From: Mayamaea pseudoterrestris
Lineage: Eukaryota
Assembly: GCA_027923505.1 (NCBI GenBank)
Contig: BROI01000014.1
Location: forward strand, 186,001 to 250,000
Direction of reading: 5' to 3'
Length of the DNA stretch: 64,000 nucleotides
In this document: positions 57,082 to 64,000 of the stretch, in pieces
Position numbering within the stretch: the stretch's first letter is position 1
Layout: the number at the start of each line of letters is the position of its first letter
Notes under the pieces: model-generated
The model's database searches: none
Told to the model about the DNA's origin: nothing
What the model saw: only the letters and a program-made list of their open reading frames with translations
Made by a program: the position numbers and the translations under genes

Positions 57082-57558
57082 TTTGTGCCAATGTGAACTG
57101 CAAACATAATAACCACTGTTGGAGTACCTTCACTAACTGCTCCCGATGCAACCGAATGTCATATTGCAACAAAGTGTGTCAAAAATTAGACTGGAAGACT
57201 TCTTACAAGGAAGAATGTGAGCTAGCTGACGCCTGAAAGAAGCGAGGCAAAGACTTTCCAAATCTGGATCCCTCAGGCGTCCTCCCACGCAGTGCTAGAA
57301 GCGACAAGCAGTCTTTAGTTTGCAATAGTTGATGATTTGACTTGCGGGCCCACGCACTTAAGCCACGTTTGCCCAAAAAAATGTACCTTGCGCACCGCAA
57401 GAGCCGACAGATAGAGCACGACTGCCCACAACTTTTGATTTCCTTTGACACGGCGACAGCAGAAATAAGTTTACGTAGTAGAGATTGTACTTCGCATGAA
57501 ACGCAATATGTCCGAGCATAAAGACCAAAGAATCGACGCAGCGAGATAAAGCGTTTCA

Positions 57559-59232
57559 CTAGCCATGTGCTGTTGCTTGGTTCATCACGTGAGCTGCAGC
57601 CCGCTCCCCAGTTTCAAACGCGCCATCAATGCTTTGGTATCGACCTCCTGTGTGCGTATGTTCGCCCGCAAAATGCACTACTTGGCCTAGTGACTCTGCG
57701 AGTATGCTTCTATCCGCATTCCCATTTGTCAGCAACGTGGCCACCGAGTAGGAACCCAAAATGTCCTCGTCCAGGTGCCATGAGGAAATGTAAGCATCCA
57801 AAATGTCCGTCAACTTCACGTCGCTTCGCATGGTGCGAACGATCTGCAGCGCTTGCTCTTTCCAATATGCCATGTCATGAAACGGATGGTCGCTGCCCGA
57901 AATGTAGAATTGCGTAATGCTGTTTGAGTCTTGAGGATCGCGTAGCTGTGCACTGCATATGAAACCAAATCGCAGTGGATTGTCAATTTGTAAATGTCCC
58001 ACAAGGTAGGAAGCTGTCGACCCTGATCCGCATAGCGGAACACTCCAATGGACGGCAAGAGTATTGAAGAGTCCAACGCCGGCTCGTCGTAACGCGTCTT
58101 GCTTGGCAAAGGGAAGCGGTGGATGAAACAGCGCATGAGCTTTGGCCTTCAAAACGCCAATTGGAAGAGTGACAATGCAGGCATCCGCCGTATAGGATCG
58201 GTTCTGCTCCGTTGTAACAATGCAAGAGTGCGGCCGACTGTAGTCGATCCGTGTCACCCGCTCACGTAGTCGCAGATTCATGTCAATCTTGCTGGCCAGT
58301 GCGTCAACCACGTGCGACATGCCATACTTGGCAACATGATCCGTTCCACCAATATCCCGCCAGCCCCAGTCATCGGGCAAGCCGTGCAACGAAAGCTGCT
58401 CCAGTGGAACGCCTCGGTCGAGCTGGAAGGACATGGTCTTGATGAATTCCACCATCAAACGGTCCTCCGTTGACAGCTTGCTTAGAAACGAACTCGACCA
58501 TTGCTCCAACAAGCTTTCCGAGTCTCCATTAAGAGAACATGACCCCGTTGATTCACCATCTTGGTCGTTTGATGGTCCCGCTTGCGCGTAGCACGCATAA
58601 GCGTCGTTTTCGTCATAAGCACCATGAGCATGGAGTGCATATTGCTGCTTTAAGTGTCGGTCCCAGTCCAGATACAAATCTTGCGCTCGCTCCAAATCAT
58701 TCGCAGTCAGAGTCTTCCACGTCCCTTTGCTATCAAACGCATCATGTTCATCGTGATGGTCGCCTGTTGCTGCTGGCGTAAACATTCTCCATTCGGAATG
58801 GCCATGTCCAGGAAGGTTGGACTTGCCACCCGACGGCACGGTGGGCGAAAGCGACTGCAGAAACCGCATGGCCGGCGAATCACTCCCATGCCAGTACATG
58901 CCGCCCATATCGATGGGACTTGATGATGATGTTTCGTCGTTCATTGGCATGTGAATGGTGTGGAGCCGACCACCGAGTCGATCCTTGGCTTCCAAAAGTG
59001 TCACCTCAACGTTGCTGTTGCCCGACGTGAGCGTGTACGCCGCAGATAGACCCGATATTCCGCCGCCAATGATAATGACACGAAATGGTTGCTTTTGCTT
59101 GGGATGGTAATTCTGCAGGTTGTATGCAGCCATGATGCTTAGTGCTGCTGCCATCAGTGATGCCCCGGCGAACATAAGAGTCACACCGTCACGTCGGCTG
59201 CGAGTATCCGAAACGCTCACTTTGTCCTTCAT
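57559..59232 (-). CDS. Flavin-containing amine oxidase (polyamine oxidase-like), N-terminal TM
   Basis: IIIGGGISGLSAA, LEAKDRLGGRLHT, IVTLPIGVLK, GSYS, FAGEHT, IDGAFETGERAA. Confidence 0.92.
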   Translation of the reverse strand: MKDKVSVSDTRSRRDGVTLMFAGASLMAAALSIMAAYNLQNYHPKQKQPFRVIIIGGGISGLSAAYTLTSGNSNVEVTLLEAKDRLGGRLHTIHMPMNDETSSSSPIDMGGMYWHGSDSPAMRFLQSLSPTVPSGGKSNLPGHGHSEWRMFTPAATGDHHDEHDAFDSKGTWKTLTANDLERAQDLYLDWDRHLKQQYALHAHGAYDENDAYACYAQAGPSNDQDGESTGSCSLNGDSESLLEQWSSSFLSKLSTEDRLMVEFIKTMSFQLDRGVPLEQLSLHGLPDDWGWRDIGGTDHVAKYGMSHVVDALASKIDMNLRLRERVTRIDYSRPHSCIVTTEQNRSYTADACIVTLPIGVLKAKAHALFHPPLPFAKQDALRRAGVGLFNTLAVHWSVPLCGSGSTASYLVGHLQIDNPLRFGFICSAQLRDPQDSNSITQFYISGSDHPFHDMAYWKEQALQIVRTMRSDVKLTDILDAYISSWHLDEDILGSYSVATLLTNGNADRSILAESLGQVVHFAGEHTHTGGRYQSIDGAFETGERAAAHVMNQATAHG

Positions 59233-60539
59233 CTTCGCTCCCGACTACGAAAGCGACTCACAGTCAAGTTGCAACAAGCTTTGCTTGGCAATTGGCGAGG
59301 AAGGATTTGATCGAGAGCGGCGAATTGCGAAAGTAAAAGTGCGAGTGTGAGTAACGGAGCGACACTTCCATCTTAGCTATGTATTGCACCGAGGGACCGG
59401 GGTCTGACCTGGCTGCGTGGCAGATCCAATGTAACTACGAGGTCCGGATCGCGATAATTTGACACGCGATAGCCCGTGTTAAATCGACTGCCACCCACCA
59501 AAATGACCACTAACACCATAATAGAAGCATATTGCAACGTAACAACCACTTACAAGCTATAATATGATGATTTTAATGATAATGGACTGCTAGATATAAG
59601 TTATAAATGCTGAAAATGAGCGTTTCTTTCGTCGCGAGCGACCGTGTAAATGCGCGTGCATTCCTCATTCAAACGAGGATTCTAGTCCATTGAGCACTCA
59701 AAATGGAGCACAGCACTCGCATAACATGACTCTAGTAGTCTAGTATCATCAAGGTATCAGTAAATGGCATCTCGTCCTCCGTTTCGTTGATACTTGAACG
59801 TTTTCCGGCTTGTCAACAACGACAGCATGAGCATGCCGCAAGACTTGCTGCCGCCGAATCGTCGAAACACCATGGGAAATCGACTGATGCGCCTTGCAAT
59901 AGTCAATTTGTCTTGATCCAAGCTATTACTCCATTGTTTGCAGTCTGTTTCGTTTAAGCGCTGGTGCAAGGCCGACAAGTTCAAGGCGACGAAGCAGGCA
60001 GCAACAAAGGATTGCAATGTCGTTGGTCGCCGCTCAACCATCATTTGCCAAGTTGCGCCACCTCTGATTCATATTATAGTACAGATTAGAGAGGATTCTT
60101 TGCGCCGACGCTTTGTGTATTGCTGGCTAGTCGTTCCTTGTTCCAGATGCCTCACAACCTCGCAAAGGGAGACGCAGTCGTACAAGACTGGCTTGCTCTC
60201 GTCGCTTCATCAAGGCTAAGTCCTTCCTCGTCGGCGGGACCTTTGCCTCCATGATCAATGACAGTAACTGCTACATTGATGAGACTGCAATTTATGTATA
60301 GTAGTTGAGGCATTGTGCAAGAATACTACGTAGAACGACGGCAATGATGGCGCCATGGTCGCGAAAAAATGACGTGCGCGCGTGAAATTTATCGCGTGGT
60401 CCACCGCGAGAACTCAATTTAACACGGGCTATCGCGTGTCAAATTATCGCGATCCGGACCTCGTAGTTGAACAAAGAATAAGTGCATCTGTGGCAATAGC
60501 ACAGATGGGAACCCAATGAATGGGGGCTGCTGAAACATG

Positions 60540-61660
60540 AACCCATAATAATATGTGCTTGAAGACAAACTGGGAGCCACAGAGGGTGATAACCTTGGTG
60601 CTGCACTGGGAACGAGACTGGGTCCTGCGCAAGGCAACTCACTGGATTGTCGCTTATATCACTGGATGGCATACTTGATGGCATGCTGCTGGGAACATGC
60701 TGGAAGACAAACAGGGAGCCACAGAGGGTGATAAGCTTGGTGCAACACTGGGAAGGAGACTAGTGGGTCCTATGCTAGATGTCTCACTGGGCTTGGCACT
60801 TGGTCATTTGATGGCACACTTGATGGCATACTGCAGGGATGAGTGCTGGGAGACCAACCGGGAGCCACAGAGGGGGGCAGCTTGGCGCTACTCTGGGAAG
60901 AAGAGTGTGTCCTGCGCTAGCGCACTGGGTTTGGTGCTTGGGTCACTTGAAGTGGAATGCTGCTGGGATGAGTGCTGAGAGACAAACTGGGAGCCACAGA
61001 GAGTGACAAGCTTGGTGCTGCATGGGGAAGGAGACTGGGTCTTGTGCAAGGCAACTCATTGCACTTGTCGCTTGAATCACTTGAATCACTTGATGCCAAG
61101 CAGCTGGAGTGAGTGCTCGGAAACAAGTCGGGAGTTACTGGGAGAGGGCATGCTTGCAGCGCTAGCTGACGCACAAAGTTTGGTGCTTGGGTCACTTGAT
61201 GGCATGCTGCTGAGATGAGTGCTGGGAGACATAAAGGAGTTTGCAGGTTGAAACATTGGTGCTGTACTGGGAAGGAGACTGGGTTTGCGCAAGGCAACTC
61301 ACTAGACTTGTTGCTTGAATCACTTGAATCAGTCGATGGCAAGCAGCTGGGGTGAGTGGTTGGTGACAAACTTGGGGCCATAGAGGGTAAGGAGCTTGGT
61401 ACTGCACTGGGACATTTGATGGCAAGCTGTTGGGGTGAGTGCTGGGAGACAAACTGAGAGCCACTGAGTGACAAGCTTGGCGCTGCACAGGGGAGGAGAT
61501 TGGGCTTTGCGCTAGATGACACAATGGGCTTGGTGCTGGAATGACTTGATGACACACTTGATGAAAAGCTGCTTGGTTGAGTGCTGGGAGACAGGACATA
61601 CTGGGAACCACAGAGGATGACAAGCTTGGTGACAAGGAGTTGTAACATACTTGATGCATG
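60540..61660 (-). repeat. Degenerate tandem array (about 130-145 bp units) encoding frameshifted PSxxPS mucin-like repeats; probable pseudogene
   Basis: GGGAGCCACAGAG at 60572, 60714, 60860 and 60989, with variants near 61374, 61456 and 61603; minus-strand PSLSPSVAPS and PSSMPSSD peptides switch between frames. Confidence 0.75.
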
Positions 61661-62429
61661 CCCTTGAGCTGCCTCGTTCAGTGATTTTGTGCTTACAAGG
61701 CTACTTGTTTGTGCTTACTTGCAAGAATGCCTAAACATGCCTGCAAGTCCATGCCCAGTGAATGTGTAGCTCTGGCCATGCTACGATACCGGTACTGTAG
61801 ATGCTCGTGTGGGTCTGCTTTGTGCGCAAGTAGCGCTAAGACACAACCGTTAAAGAGTCGTTACACGTCTGAGGGCAACGGAAATGAGCACGGGCGATTT
61901 CTACAGCGTAAGTACTGAAAACGTGTTCCGCGCGCCGGCAATTTCACTTTGCGCCAAGGGAAGGGACCGTTCTGACTCGATCGAGTCAGACCGAATACTC
62001 GGCTCGTTTTGTTTTATCTAAAGTACTGTACCCCCGCTAGCACACATGCACTTTCGATAATCACCTCTCCTCGCGAGTGAATGTATATACATGATACAAG
62101 AATGTGAATGTCTTTAGCGTGGTAAGTGGGAGAAAAGTTGGGATGAGGCAAGAATCTAGCGACACTTCACTGTTAGCAATTTTGCCCCTGTTGCTGCGCA
62201 GCAACATACCAGAATTGGCGCTAGCACCATTTGCATGCAAACTCCCAAGTTTTGTTATAAAATATTTATTTATTCCTTGCCAAGTTCTGTCATGAGTTGG
62301 CTCGCGGCCACCGCAACACTCATTCTCTTGAAGACCAAACCTTAACTTGAGTTCGAGCGCATCGTTGGCGCCGTCATTTACTGTTAATTTAAGTTTGTCT
62401 CGTGGTGCGACCGTCTGACAAGTAATTCA

Positions 62430-64000
62430 TCATGGGACTTGCAGACTGCACGGTGCCAAAGTGTGTAGAGTGCACTCAAAGAAAGACTTGAACTGGTGCG
62501 ACGAGATTGGCTTGTAAAGAATGTGTGAAATTCCAACGGCGGCGCACCGATGATGAAGCGATTCCGATGTTTCCGCAGTCAGCGCCGCAACAATTGGTTT
62601 TGGACTTATAGCGTCATTAGCTCGAATAGCTTGGCAAAGTTCAATGCCATCCATGACGGGCCTGGACGTCAAAAACGAGTTAGTTGAGATGCGAAGGTTA
62701 CAATGCATCAACGCAACGAACATATATGACTTACATCTGAATGTCGGTAATGACAAGGTCATACTGGTTGCGAGTCAGTTCCTGAAGGGCTTTGGCACCT
62801 GAGTTAGCAGCTTTCACGATGTATTTATCTGACAGGCGCACAATCATTCGCTCGAGAACCTTCAAATTAATGAGCGTATCGTCGACGACAAGGACCCTAA
62901 GGGCATGATGGGATATTGAGTCCGCGGGACGACGCAACTCGTTGGTTTGCGAGTTTGTTCGTGTCTCTACCAAAATCTTGGATGAAGCAATGAATTCTGG
63001 AGAATTGACGACCGGCAAACAAAAACTGAAGCAAGCTCCCCCAGCTGGGTTATTCGTCACCCAAATATTGCCTTTCATTCGCTCCACAAACTTGCGACAC
63101 AGGTTCAAGCCAATGCCTGTTCCCGATGAGTGAGCGTTCAAGCAGTTACTGCGTGTATAGAACTTTCCAGGCTGGCTGTATTGTGAAAACTTTTGAAAAA
63201 TTTTGTCAATCATTTCTGAAGGAATTCCGTCCCCTGAATCTTGTACAGAATTGATAGCTACTCTCTCAGTTGGAGAGCTTATAATCGACGGTTCTATACC
63301 AGTCGCCAGTGCATTGCGAATTCTATCGTTGGCATCGTCGATGCTAACCACTTCGGCGCGCAGACATATGTCACCCTTCCCTGCATACTTGATTGCATTT
63401 GACACGAGGTTCACCAGAACCTGCTGAAATCGGACTGGGTTGGAATATATATAGATGTTCTCGTTTTCGTCAAAATCAAGACATAGGTATGGGTGGGTGT
63501 CGTTCAGCGCCGCAATTGGCCGACAGAAACTCGACGTGTCTCTCATCGCGTCCGCCAACGAAACAGGATCAAGTTGAAAATTTTCCATCATGTTCGCATC
63601 CATCTTATGGCTATCCAGTAAATTGTTAATGAGCGTTAAAAGCATCCGAGACGAAGCCATCACAGTGGTCATGCACTGATACATTTCCTCGGGCGACGAT
63701 TGTTGAAAACGGCCACAACCTCCGTCTCCATTTTCATCCACGTCATTCGCCGGAGTAAGGAGACTTGTAATTCCGATTATTCCTTGAAGCGGGGTACGCA
63801 TCTCATGCGTCAAGGTTTCCATACTTTCTTGCATTGCAGTCATGGCGGCTTGTTCGGCTGCCTTTTCCGCGCGTTCGCGAGCGCAAATGTGGGAGATATC
63901 GTTCATAGCTACGAAGTATTGGACGGAGCTGTTGACATGTGTCCCATTGTGGTTGCTTTCCGACCTTGCAAAAGTAAAGGGCGAAACGACTACTCTCATA
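62430..64000 (-). CDS. Hybrid sensor histidine kinase (HisKA-HATPase-REC), 5' end outside window; intron 62662-62734
   Basis: THEMRTPLQGIIG, NLVSNAIKY, VQDSGDGIP, GTGIGL, LVVDDTLIN, TDIQM|PVMDG, ALTA, LYKP. Confidence 0.93.

Noticed and set aside
59757..60260. Short minus-strand ORFs in the 59.3-60.4 kb gap
   Set aside because: No recognisable motif or consistent splice model
60540..61660. CRISPR-like array
   Set aside because: Whole units are homologous with no unique spacers, the context is eukaryotic and there are no cas genes

Overview
Gene-dense eukaryotic nuclear DNA, most likely from a pennate diatom. The evidence is short 73-130 nt spliceosomal introns, bipartite signal peptide plus 'AF/SF/AW' plastid presequences, and diatom-type QVGLRCIHC and DUF6824-like domains. 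The window holds about 37 protein-coding genes. Recognisable ones include threonine synthase, RPL38, RPB11, WDR82/Swd2, DNAJC3, two PPP phosphatases, an NPF/POT transporter, SPX-GDPD, PhoD, ovothiol synthase OvoA, an S10 carboxypeptidase, a flavin amine oxidase and a hybrid histidine kinase cut by the window end. Non-genic or decayed elements are a frameshifted gag-only Copia-type relic between two diverged LTR-like repeats (44.9-46.6 kb), a CpG-depleted decayed Pro/Ser repeat array (60.5-61.7 kb) and a possible Sel1-repeat remnant. The most notable candidates are a secreted Met/Arg/Lys-rich protein with RXL and KxxK motifs (possible biosilica protein), a possible phospholipid-phosphorus recycling neighbourhood, a tandem pair of unannotated small paralogs, a tRNA-sized structured intergenic element and an in-frame GC-AG intron inside a phosphatase motif. 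All calls come from reading motifs by eye; no database searches were run.
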